From contig LSRY02000007.1 of assembly GCA_001643675.2 (NCBI GenBank), forward strand, positions 1,983,600 to 2,047,599: a stretch of DNA of 64,000 bases, written 5' to 3'. The notes beneath the pieces were generated by a model that was given only the letters and a program-made list of their open reading frames with translations, was not told the origin of the DNA and made no database searches. A program made the translations under genes and the position numbers. Shown piece by piece: positions 23,269 through 36,000 of the stretch (its first letter is position 1; every line of letters begins with the position of its first letter). The stretch comes from Monocercomonoides exilis PA203. Taxonomy: Eukaryota; Protista; Preaxostyla.

Positions 23269-26200
23269 CAAAACCGATTTATCACTCTTTAAAAAAATAA
23301 TATGATCAATTTACATATACAACATATTTTGAATGAAACACATTAAGGTTCAAAAATAATGGAATCAATATGAACACAGTTTCAGTACGAAAATGCATCA
23401 AGGCATGCCAACAGATTGGCAGGAGGAGAAAGGAAAAATCGGAAAAATTGCGTTCCATAAAAAAGTTTTGCCAGAAATGTTTTATCGGCTGGGGGACTGA
23501 TGCTGCATGTGCGCAAGCTAATTTCGGGCAGACATGCAAACGGAGTGTATTTTATTGCTGATTGGTGGTGGATGATTTTTTTGAGGCATGCAATGCTCAA
23601 GTGGGAACAGATGAAAATTTTATATTTTTGTGGTATCTTTTTTGATGGATTATTGTGTGGAATGTTTTGGAATGTCGCTGCTTGCCTGTCCCAGTGGAGC
23701 TTGAGGGATGTGTTGTTTCGTTCTCGGGAGCTTTCAGAAGGTGTGTTTTGAGTTGTTTGGGTTTGACATATTTTTTTTTTATTTGGATTATTTTGTTTTC
23801 AGAGGACGTTATTGAAGTTTATTTTTTTGCTTATATGGCCATTTTTGAGAGTGACAAAGCCCGGAGCAGAAGACGGCTGGAAGTGGCAGGTGGAATGGAA
23901 GAGAAGGGCTTGAATGGATAATTCTCAATTGTTTGCGGTGGTTCTGTGGCTGCTGCTGAAAGAGTTGCTGGTCGTTGGGAAAGATCCTTTAATAGTCCTG
24001 TTGTTGCAGGATCATATTTTTTGCTGAGATGCTGAAAGGAATTATCTTGTTGAAGCTCGATTTGAGGCAGGTTTGGGAAGAAGATTGGCTTGAAAAAGCA
24101 GTTTGAAAGAAGAAGGAATCACTGTGTGAACTTTTTATTTTTTTTGAATTTTTGATTTTAAAATTTTTCTTTGTTTTTATCAGGATAATTGAAAAAGAAG
24201 TGGAATAAAGGAGGTTGCAGAAACCATAAAAAGCCTTCAAGAACTTAGGTATTTGGTACAGCTTGCTGACAGTCAGACACGAGAGAGTTGGAAGAGCAAT
24301 CGATATGGGTGGAGTGGAAAGGGGAAAAGCGGAATGAATATCATGAATATTGAAAGCTTGTGGAATGCTTGGAGCTTCTTTTTCAATTGACAATTTTGAT
24401 GAAGTTGAATTCAAGCAGTTTGCTGAGCGGATGGCTTGAGGGATGTTGAATGTTGTGGAGCTGCTTGGGGAAGCCAGATTGCATCACTCGTTTCGCAGGA
24501 AGCCAACCATTGTTGTGAAATGTCATTCGAATTGCAGCTTTTCGGGGTTGCGGTTCTTTTTTTAATTCAAATGAGATTGAAAGAATGCTTATTCTGTTTT
24601 GATGGCAGAACTTGCGGTAAGTTTTGAATTGAGAGAATTTTGTGTTTGAAGAAATTGGGCACGATGAACGCACAGCAATTGCGAAAGATGTTTTGAAGCA
24701 TGACTTGTTGATTGAAAATGTGATGGTTTTTTGATTCTTTTGTTTTTTCACATCTCATTCAATTTAGAAGAATACAAGAAATAAATACGATTGAAAATGG
24801 ATTATTATTTTTTTTTTCTGATTGAAATATTTGAATTATTATTGGTATGAAATATGAAAAATCTTTTTTTTTAATAGGCTCGTCTTCTCATCTCTTTGAC
24901 AGAAGCAGCCTATATTTTTCATTTCTTTATTGCAGTTTATTTTTATTAATTGAAGATTAAAGATCAGCGATACAACACAAAAAGAAAAATGGAAACATGA
25001 AACTTAAATTGCTGAAAAAGTTCGAGCAATTTTTATTTTTTATGATTTCTTTCTTTCTTTCTTTCTTTCTTTCTTTTCTTTCTTTCTTTCTAATTTGAAC
25101 AAGTTAAAATGAATAAATGCTACATAAATTGGATAACACACCTCAATTTGATCAAGCATTTCAATTGTAGTCTGTACTGTCTTTTCGGACTCGTTTCGGT
25201 ATCGCTCGTACTGTTTCAAGGTTTTCGTTTAAAGTCCATCCCGAAATTGGTGAATCAATGATTACCTTCAAAAATATCCAAGGTGATGATTTTCCAAAAA
25301 ACGCAACTAGTGTCCTAATTGAAAAAATACACATCAAGCGGTAGCACCATTGAACGATTGATATGTTGAAATGAATTCAATAACTCGGTTGCAATTAGTT
25401 TCCGATACTGCAAAAATCTCCCTTTGCCTTCTCGAATTCTTTCATCTTCGCTCAGCCTCAAAGCTTTTTGGAATATACTCTCTTTCAATGCTCAATTAAC
25501 AATTTTGTCCATTGTTTCCTTGAGTGGTTTCTAAAGTGTCCGACTATCATTCGACTAAACATCAAAATACTGTGAATTGTTGAAAGCTTCATTCTCTCCA
25601 TCAATCTTCCTTCAGCCTGAACAACTCACTCAAGAAAGCAACTAATAATAAAAGTATCCAAATATCTCAAAACTTAACTCAACACATAATATTTGAAACA
25701 TTCACTGAAACCAGCAAACACTCTGAAATTACAGGAAAAAACATTTCAATGAAGTAAAGCTTCCAAATAACTCTAAAAATGAGCTCAAAAATTGAAATGC
25801 TAATGATTAATGCAGTGACGTGGTATGCACCTAATTAATGAACAAACTGTTGTTTTTTTGAATCTTCTTTGTAAAGTTCTTTCAAAAACTTAATTGCCTT
25901 TTTTCATGCGGCTCAGAACATTAAAATGGAAGTTATTTTTCTTCTAATGGCTCAAGCATTCAACCAAATATATGGGTTTTTTTCCAAAGCATTCAATTTT
26001 TCATTCGAAATGTCTTCCATTTCAATGAAATGAATTATTGTTAATCTGATCAGAAAGAAATTAAACTCTTTCGTATTTGTTAGATACGGACTTTCTTGTT
26101 GACTTCTTTGTGATTTCTTTTTTCACACATATTTTTACAAAGCAAAGCAATTCTCATTGGCCTGCAATATGTTAATTTTTATCGATTATCAATTACGTTT

Positions 26201-26273
26201 GTTGTTTTTGTTATTTTGTTTAAAATATGATGCTTTGTGCAATTGATCTTCACAAATAAAACACAGAATAGAA

Positions 26274-27764
26274 ATGTGTAATGAAGGCATATCAGATAAT
26301 TTTGTTCAGATCCTATTCCTCAGAGATAAGTTTTCGAGTTTGTGAATTTTTATTGCTGATTGAAGACACTTTAAATGATGTGTTTGCTTAGTTTTGGAAG
26401 AATTGTTTTTTGAACTGGAGCATTGTCCAGAAAGCGAGCAGAAACAGAAAATTGGGGAAATGAATGAAATAATTGATGGAATGAATAAAGATGAATTTGA
26501 ATCAGTTTTCACAACAGAGCTGTTCGACAAAATAAACGATTTGATTGAAGAAAAGAAAATGACAATGGAAAATACAAGTTTACTGCTGAAGCATGCTGGA
26601 TATTTGAAGACCCTGAAAAACATGTGGAGTAGTGGTTTTTATATGTCTGAATTGAAAAGAAGATTTGAGAAGATGATTCTTGAAGAAGAAAAGAAAAAAG
26701 AAGAGAAAAATGAAAAGTTTTTATCCGATCTTTGCGAATGCTATATTTTTCAAAGCTGCAGCTTCACACCCGAATTGCTTTCGATTTGTTTGTCTTGCCT
26801 TCTGAAAGCTGCATTGAAGAAAGAGGAAAACGAGGAGGCACAAATGGAAGTGGAAATTGCATTGCTATCTTTGAGCAATAAAAATTTTGTGTTTGAACAT
26901 TATTATAACCTTTTTGATATTGTTGTTATTTTTCTTGTTTTTCATTAGGAAATTGAACAAGATCTTTTTGTTAATGAAATCAAAGAAATCATATTTTACC
27001 ATCAAAAACATAAAAATCTGACACGATTTGCTTATCAATCATCTTGGATGTTTTTGATAGACAGATTGGAGGAAGACAAGAGATTAGAAGAAGTCATCAT
27101 AAATGAGTTACATTTTATAAAAGTAGCAATGAGAGAAATGAAAGATCTGTCGAAGCGCGTGAGTAGAAAGAGAAAAGAAGAGAAAGAAAAAAAGAAAAGA
27201 ATTGAATTGAACGAAATGAATACAATAATGAGATGGTTAAGAACAGTGCATTTTCCTTTTTTCCTTTGCGAAATACAGAATAAAGAACTTGTTGATCTTA
27301 TTGGCATCATTGGAGAAGTATTACACTCGGCTAAGAGTTATCACGGAAGAATTAGCAGTTCATGCGTTGATTTATTAAAAACATTTGCTTGTCTCTATGC
27401 AAAAGTTGAAGGCTTGCTGAAAGTCGGAGCAGTTGATGCTGTTTTAGAAAAGATTCAGTGGAATACATTACATGAATATGAAGTGTATCAATGCTTGCCA
27501 ATTTTGATGAGTGTTGCAAGAAGGTTGAAAAAAGAGGAGTTTGACGAGGGAAATGAAGAGAGATATGAAGAGAGAGACGAAGCGAACAAAGATAAATTGG
27601 AAGAAGAGAAAAGAAAAGAGATGAAAATGAAAGTTCATGAAAAGATGGAAGAAGAAGGATACGAAGATATCTTCACAAGTTTTCATGAAATATTTGATTC
27701 TCTCAATAAAAGTTACCATTATGAATTATCGTTGGATATTTCGGATTGTTTTGTTAACGTTTAA
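26274..27764 (+). CDS. Multicopy alpha-helical hypothetical protein (copy 3), 3 predicted exons
   Basis: The ATG at 26274 (MCNEG...RDKFS) splices in phase to LFFELEHC at ~26401. A second intron 26889-26948 joins to EIEQDLFVNEIKEI..YHQKHKNL...SDCFVNV*. Intron positions match copy 2. The start codon is uncertain. Confidence 0.72.
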
Positions 27765-30442
27765 CCAGATTTATTTTATGATATTTTGTGACTCAAAAAC
27801 TGTCTTTTTCAATTTTCTGTCTTTCTATTTTTCTATTTTTGTAACTCCAAAATTAAAACTTTTTCTTTTTTATTCATTTCTCAAAATGAGAAGTGAAAAA
27901 CAATAGAATAATTTTAAATAAAGTTTTTGCATCCTTTTTCATTATAAATATGTATAAAAATTCTTTTCTTTTCTTTCCATAAAGAATCTTCATTGAATGA
28001 ATTGTTGTCCTTCATCTTCTTCAAATAGATACGTTTTCAGTTGGATGTTCATTTACTCTGCAATAATTTTTTCTGGTGTGTTGGTTGTTCTGTTTATTCA
28101 ATTTCTTATTGAATTTAACAATTTCAAGAAAAAGAAGAATGAAATGATAATTCTTTATGAGAATTCCAAAGCATCAAAGAAAATATGATTGCTGAAGAAT
28201 CCAGTTATCTTTATCGTTTGTGTGGAATAAAGCCGAAATAGATCCGAGGTTGAAATAACAAGATGATGTACAAAAAATGCTTGAATTGAAAAAGTTAATA
28301 TCAATAAAATTCTTCCTTCATCTCAATAATTCTTTATCCAATCCATAAAGCGCTTGAATTCAAGTGTTCTTTTCAAAATTAATTAATTAAACAACAAATA
28401 AATAAATAAATAATTTATTTGACTTTCAATTTCTTTCATTTCTTCTACAAACTATTTTTTCAATTGATTTATAAGTTCAGTAGTTTCATTAAGAAATCAA
28501 TATTCACTTGCTCGTTCATCAAATTCGAATGCTTCTCCTCCGGTCTTTTGAGTTGTTTTTCTTTTTTCTGCTTCTTTTCTTGTTATTCCAAATTGCTCGT
28601 TGTTTCAGAGAGCTTAAGAAGAGAAGTTAAAAGATATTGGATTAATCAGAAGAAGGATAATACAAAGAAAAAAATTTTCATTGAAGCTCTGTTGAGATTT
28701 TTAAAAAGATGAAAATAAGAATGATTGCTTTTCAAAAAAAGTTAATTTCATACGATTATCAAAATATGCAACGTTAGAAAAGCATCACTCAAGAATGATT
28801 TTCTTTCAATTCCTTCCGATATCAATTTGCATCAAACAGAAGACTTTGATATGTCTGTAAATGAAGTTGGTTCATTTTCACATGCAAACAGCACGAAGGA
28901 TTTGCTTTGTAAACAGCAGATGTTTGTTTGTCGAACCTCTTCAAGGCTGCTCCCGTATTGCTTTTTCATTATTTTCGTTTTTGCTCGTTTGATCTCTTTC
29001 ACTTTGATAAATGTGATATTTGCTACCCATCTAAAAAAGTTAGGCATTTTCATATATCTTTTCTTTTCTTTTCTTTTCTTTCTTTTTCTTTTTTCTATTC
29101 TATTCTTTTCTTTTCTTTTTGTTTTGTTTTGTTTTGTTTTATCGTTTTCCTTAATTTTTTCTTTTACGTCGCATTTCCATTACAGTTTAAATTTTGTTTG
29201 AGCAGATTGTAAAAGGTTGTTCATCTCAGGCTGATTATGAATTGATGTTGTTAAGATAATTTCAGAAAAGCGAAAATGAATATAAATGTCAGCAAGGATA
29301 GGCACACACAAATGTTGTTGAAGAAATGTTTGTCAAAATGTGGGTCTTTTTTAAAACCCTTCTCTTGTTTTAGGTTCTTCGATCACACATTTTTCAGCTT
29401 GGATGTCTATACTTCAATCGGTGATATTTTGAAGACTTATTTAAAAGATAACTATTTTATGTGAAATCGCAAATAATAAGAAGGACATTTGTCCTCAATG
29501 AAGCATAAAATGCAGGAAACTCCGTATGATAGGCAGGTGCTCGGAAATAGACTAATATCAGCTTCAAAGTTCTTTTCCGAGTTGATCAAAATTTAAGTTG
29601 CAAGCCTTTATGAACGATTGAAATTGTTTTCCGTTTTTAATAGCATATAAAGCACTGCAACGTTGTGTAAATCAATAATGTTCATGAAATTTCCTAAGAA
29701 TTTTGGTAGCAATCGGCCTTAGTATCATTATATGTCAAAAATTATAATAATTCAATAGTTTTCAAAACAGGCACAGTTCAAGCTCCGAATAATCACAAAA
29801 AAATAACCTCATACTGTACACTTAAAATATGTATTTTTATTGCTCAACGGTGATATTTTTGTATCACGCGAACACTCCTGATCAAATGAATTCTCACGCT
29901 GTTGTAGCAAAAGGTCATGGATTTTTAGCATTGAATTGTTGTCTAACATAACCCAGATTTTCGATGTGGAATTTTGAGGATGAACGAAAGTGTCTATTCT
30001 TCAAACAAATGTGGTTAATAATGAATCCAAAGGAAAAGTCATAAATAAAATCTCTCAAACTGGCTATACGTAATGCAATGGAAAACAAAATGCAGTTGAC
30101 CGTTCAAATATTCAACAAATTAGCAAAACGTTATCATCTCATAAGCTGTGCTATTGTTTTCCCTTAATGATGAAATCTAGTATGTAACATGATCATTTTT
30201 TTCATCAAAAAAATTTTTTGATCAAAACATTTTATTTTCCTGGATTTTACTCTTTATATAATGTGGAAGATGACGTAGTATGGCTTTTTGACCATTAATA
30301 ACATGTTGAAGAGAAAAACACTAAAAATTTTAAAATACAAATTTTTGACGATTTTGATTCAAGAACATTGAAGTGTAGAAAAACGATTTTGAAAATTTTT
30401 TGACAAATGGAAGATAAAGAGGGTTAATCACAACTTTACGTA

Positions 30443-31238
30443 ACATTCAGATATTCGTATTTTTTCGGATTTTTTGTGATAGAATGATTTAATATAATAT
30501 TATAAAACATGCTAGGGGTGAATTTTCCATTTTTAGGATACTTTTTTTTCAAAGAAAAAAATCAATTTTTTGAAAAATTTATGGTTATGATCAAACTTAT
30601 TTCTAATAATTTAAATTAAAATCAATTTTATCAAAGAATTATTTAAAATAAAATTTATATAATTCTAAGCTTTCTTTTTTATTATATAAAGAAAAAATCA
30701 CAAAAGTTCTCAATTCATTTATATATATATTATTTTCACCTTTTATCTTGCGCAATCGTTGAAACACATGTTTTTTATGTGTGAAAAATTGATTATTCGA
30801 AGAAAACCCTAACCCTACTTATTAAAAAAATAAACAAAAATTAAACGCAAACCCATAACCTTATATTTTGATTCGAGAAAAAACCCTAAAGCAGAACGAA
30901 ACCAAACAAGCTCATTTTCACGAATTTTTATTCTTTAAAATAAATTAAACGCAAACAAATGAGAACTTCAAATATCTTTAATTCACTTGATAAGAATTGT
31001 TTTGGGTTTTTTTAATAATTAAAATTTAACAAACGACGAAATTACGAAAAATCATTCAATATTCTAATTAAAATTTTGAAATAAGTTTGATCATAACCAT
31101 AAATTTATCAAAAAATTGATTCTTTTCTTTGAAAAAAAAGTATCCTAAAAATGGAAAATTCACCCCTAGCATGTTTTATAATATTATATTAAATCATTCT
31201 ATCACGAAAAATCCGGAAAAAAACAAGTTTCTGAATGT
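30443..31238. mobile_element. Non-autonomous fold-back/MITE-like element with ~160-bp imperfect TIRs
   Basis: 30443-30603 (ACATTCAG...GCTAGGGGTGAATTTTCC...TGATCAAACTTATTTC) is the reverse complement of 31078-31238. The interior is AT-rich and non-coding. Confidence 0.75.
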
Positions 31239-33059
31239 GGGTGATTTTTTTTGATATCATAAAAAATTACGAAGTTTGATCATTATAATTTTTTATTAAG
31301 GGTGGGGTTTATTAGTGAATTTTAATTAATATTTTGATAAAAATATAGTTTAAAATATTATCATTATTAATTATTTGTTGTTTTTAATTTGTTTCCAATT
31401 TATTTTATTACAAATATCATAAAATAAAAATAATTTCAAAAAAAAACTCGAAAATTCAATAAACATTATAAAACATAAGTTATCTTGTTTGAGAAGCATG
31501 ATAATGATTGTTTCAATACTCAATAAATCAATTTCTTAAATGAAGAATGTTAAATAATGTTATTGAAAAGAAATTTCAAAATAGATGTTGAAGATCCAAA
31601 TAAATATGTTGAAAAAAACAATTATCGAAAACACAAAAACAAAAATATGATTGTTATGCAGGATATTTCACAAGAAATTCACAGTTTGCAGTTTATTTCG
31701 ATTTTAAAACAAATAATGCAAAAAAGAACTTTTGTTGATTTATTCGTCAAAAGAAGTTACAGATGATAATAAAAAAAAAAATCACTATTTAAAAAATTGA
31801 ACAATACAATTTGTGAATTTTCATTTTTTGCGCAAAAAATGCTTCCATTAAACGAAAATCTTCACTTGCACTTTTTCATCTTTCTCTATCTCTGTCTTCC
31901 ATCCTCTTCCTCGTCTTTTAAATACATTTGGATGTCTTCCTCCTCAGATGCTCTGCTGTTGTCACCTTTCTCAACACCTGCATCACCACCCACTGCCACT
32001 TCTCCTTCACTCCTCATTCGCATCTGCTCACTCTTCCCTCTTCTCCTTCCTCGATGGGTCCCTCGCTGTGTTCTCCTCCCTCTTTTCCTCTCCAAAACAT
32101 CCTTTCCACTTCAGCTCAATGCTCATTTGTGCTTGCAAAGTTACCCTTCGCCTCTCCAGGATATCTGTCCATTCCCTCCACCTCACCTGCCCTGCTATTC
32201 GTGCTCTCCCCGCTTCCTCCCTCTTCCTCTCCCACTCCAACCTCTCCACCTTACATCCTGCCTAGCCTCTGCTGGTTTTTCAATAATAGCATCAGCTTCT
32301 TCGTTGAGCATCTCATCACCACTATTTATCCACTGAATGATTCAGCGTGTTATTTTCATCTTTCTGTTTTAAATAAGTCAACAAGCTTCTTCAGCATGAT
32401 GTTCTCCTTCTTCACTACCATTTCTTTCGACCAGTTCAGAGGCGAACAACTGTGAACATATCGACAGCTGCTTGTTCACCTGCAACAGATCAGCCTGTCC
32501 CGAATGTCACCTTTGCCTGCAGCATCATCATCAGCTCTGACTTTTGTGAGATTAACATTGCCTCGCTTTGACAAAGCGACTGCGCACTCTCTGGCACTTC
32601 CAAGTGGCTTCCCAACCATCGATTAGCTCTCCGAAGCATCGCATCTTACATCCCTTCCCTGCTGTTTGTTGCTGTGCTTAAGGACACCCATGAAAAAGAA
32701 GCAGCAGACGGAATGATTCAGATAAATAACAATTGATTATTTCTCCGTTTTAGCGTTCTTTTACTGCTCGTTGAAGTCTTCTCTTCCAACTTTTCTCCTT
32801 TTCCATATTATCCTTTTTTCTTTTAAAATCTCTTCAATTTTTTTAAATCCAAATTCCATTCATAATATTCTGTTTTTAATAAATTTATCTTTCTCTTTAT
32901 CTTCATTCTCTTCATTCACCAAATAATTTTCTTTTCATTTTTTGAAGAAGATGATTTCTTCATAAATACTATTCTTTTTTTTTTCCGCTGTTATTCCTTA
33001 TGAAGATGTTAAAAATGAAGAAATACGATAAGAAGAAGAAGATGATGATGATGACTACG

Positions 33060-36000
33060 ATGATGAATCAGATGGTAGCTGTAACAAAAGCAGAGCAAGG
33101 AGGACAGTTGCAGGTGAAGATGAAAGAATATCCTTTAAAAAAAGAAAGAATTTTGAAAAAATAGACTTCGCGTCGTAGAATTCTCAGGAATTGCTCCAGA
33201 TGGGGGAGAAAAGAAAAAGTAAAAGATACCCGTTCACGACTCTGAAGTGGGAGAGAGAGAGTCGAAGGAAAAGGGAGGAAAACTAAGGATGGAGAATTTT
33301 TTGATGTGAATGACGGAGAAGAGGGAAAAGGAGAGGGAGATTGCGAAAGAGAAGAGAGAGGTAACTGAGAGGAGGTGACGCTTGTCTGAAGCTGATGTGG
33401 AAGAATTGCTGAGAATTAGTCTTTCTTTATCTGATAGAGAAGTTCTCCTCTTCTTCTACTTGCTGTTCCTTATGCATTTATCGCATGCCAACAGAAGTTG
33501 TATTTGCTTCATCAGCAGCAGAATTTGAAGATCCACTCAGGTCCAGTGCATCTGTTGTTATATTCGATGCCAATGAAGTTGACTGAGACTCAGATGTTTG
33601 CTGGACAGAAGCAAAAGCGGAAGGTGTGGCTTGTGCGAATGCAGCGCCAACAACCTCCAATCGCTGGATGAGAGAGGCAGAAATGAACATCGAAGGAGAA
33701 GAAGAAGGTTTCTGGACATGGTGTGTCTCGAATATGGCTGATATTTTGTGGAGCAAGTCCTTCTTCACCATCAGCCTGTGAGCAGCGGTTGCAACAGCAG
33801 TGAGTGCAGTGCGCATGGCCAGCAGACAAAGCAGCAGGCGATTGGACTACGCGGCAGAATGTCCGAGGGGCTGCGTGGAGAATGAGATGATGGAAGGTGT
33901 TGTGCTGAAGGATAGCATGGACCGAGAAATGAAAATAGAAGCGACGAAGGAGGTGAATAAAGAAGGGATGGAGATCGCGGAAGATGAAGTGAAAGACACT
34001 GAAAGAATCTTTGAAAGCAGAGTGTAGACGATAGAAGTGAGTGGATGAGAAAGATGGAGAGGACACATGTTGACAAGAGGCACACATGAAAACTTGAGAG
34101 AAAAAATCAGAATCGAAGGCTGCTCTTCTTTGTGTACCTGTTCAACTCGCACCGGAGCAACCTTGTGTGTGTTGAATCTGTCAGTTCGAATAGAGTTTCT
34201 CCGATGGATGGGACGCATGCTATTTTCTGCGGAGAAACAAAAATTGTATTTTTGGTAGCAGACGGCAATATTTTCTTGTCTTTGATAAAAACAGACGAAG
34301 CAAACAGAAGCGGGTCTGCAAATATTAGTATTGATTGTCAATGTTTCATTGTAAATTGAATCAAAAGAGATGCCATTACCATTATCTCTATTGATCTTTT
34401 TATGCACTTCAAACTTGTTGCTGAAGATTCACCTCTCTTCGCAGAACAGCTCAGCTGTGTTTCTCGCCTCGTACACTCCTTCCATAGCTGCCCTTCCTTC
34501 TCCTCTCCATAAATTTATCTCCTTTCTCATGTTCTCCACCAGTTGTGCATCTCTCACAGCATATTCTCCTCCCAAGCTGAACAGCCTCGTGCCACACAGC
34601 AGATTCAGAAACTAGTTCGCATCATTCTCCAATATTCCCCCTGTTACACCGGCGTGAGATGATGGAATCGAAGAAGGCTTTAGAAGATGCTACGACTTGA
34701 GTTGATTCAAAAGATGAGACAGCGCGTTTCCGAGTGAGTGGAGCAAAGCAGCGCCTTCATTCTTCCCAACCTGCCGCATCGACCACAAAACAGTGTCTCC
34801 AGCCCTGTCTTCAGTCTGCATTTCCTCCCAAACAGAATGATAATCCCAAAGTCATCCACTCCTCCACCATCACTTCCATTGGCATTGATATTTGCATAAC
34901 CTGTCTGGTTAGACAGACCAGCTGAGGAGGAGGAGGAGGAAGAAGACACCGTTGCAAACCCATTCGCTGCAGCTGCTCTGAGGTGTGTCTGTGTTGCTCT
35001 GCCGAGTGCTGCTCTGATGGCAGACAAGAAAAGATGTCTTCGTGACACAGAAACAGCCGCCAAGCTGTGATTGCTGTGTCTTCTGGCGGGTGCTGTCTGG
35101 CTTCTCTGCTGCCTTCTGAGCCAATTGAGTTCTCGTCTTCTTCTTTCTCTCCATTTTCCTTTGCAGACTTGGGTGAAGGAAAGGTGAACTGCAGATGGGT
35201 TGGACTGAGCTCTCCGCAGACGATGGTTAAGGTGTGTGAGAAAGTGACATGCGACTTCTTCTGATTGCTCTTTTGGGATGCCGATGAAAGCATCTTTCGC
35301 TGCTTGGGAGTGAAGCGCAGGGCAGGGTGTGAAGTTAAGTCTTCTTTTCTTTCTGTTGTCTTTTATGTTTCATCGGCATTTGATGTTTCAGCAGATCGTG
35401 TTATATCCAAACTGTCTTCATCACCGCTAACGTAACTATCATCGCTATCGTCATTGTCATCATCTTCACTGTCTTCTTCTGCTTCTTCAGTGTCTGCTGC
35501 ACCTGCTCCGTTCACTCACTCTCTCCTCTCTTCATTCCGCTTCAAATAATACACGTTCTTCCCTTTCCCTCTCGGCCACATCTTTCTTTTTGGCGTCTTT
35601 GCCTTGATTTCCTCTTCCTGAACGAGATTTGAAGGCAGCAGAAGGAAGACTGGCTTGATTAGAGGAATAATACTTCCATGTGTCAGCTTCAGTATGTTCT
35701 TCTTCTTCTTCGTAAGTGCCTCCTTCTTCTGCCTCTCTTTCATCTCAGCTGCATTAAATGTTGCTTCAACTCAGCTGTTTTCTCTCATTTTTGCCGAGTT
35801 GCATGTGTTCGAGGTGTCATATTCAAAAACAGATCTGCTCTTTTCCAGTGTCTGCCGAATGGACCGTGTACTTGTCAAAAATATCTTTGCACTGAGAATC
35901 CTGTCTTACTCCATGTCTTCATCTTCTTCCTCCTCCTCATCCTCATCAAAAACTTCCTCGTCATATTCATTTCCATCAATGTTTCTGTCACTTCTTCCAC

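Larger units (their letters stand above)
16740..24773. repeat. Right arm of inverted segmental duplication (partner 2321-9190)
   Basis: As for the left arm. About 1.15 kb longer because the surface gene has one extra module. Confidence 0.95.

Noticed and set aside
29850-29940. Papain-like HAVVAKGHG peptide
   Set aside because: Isolated short match in a stop-ridden region with no Cys motif found.
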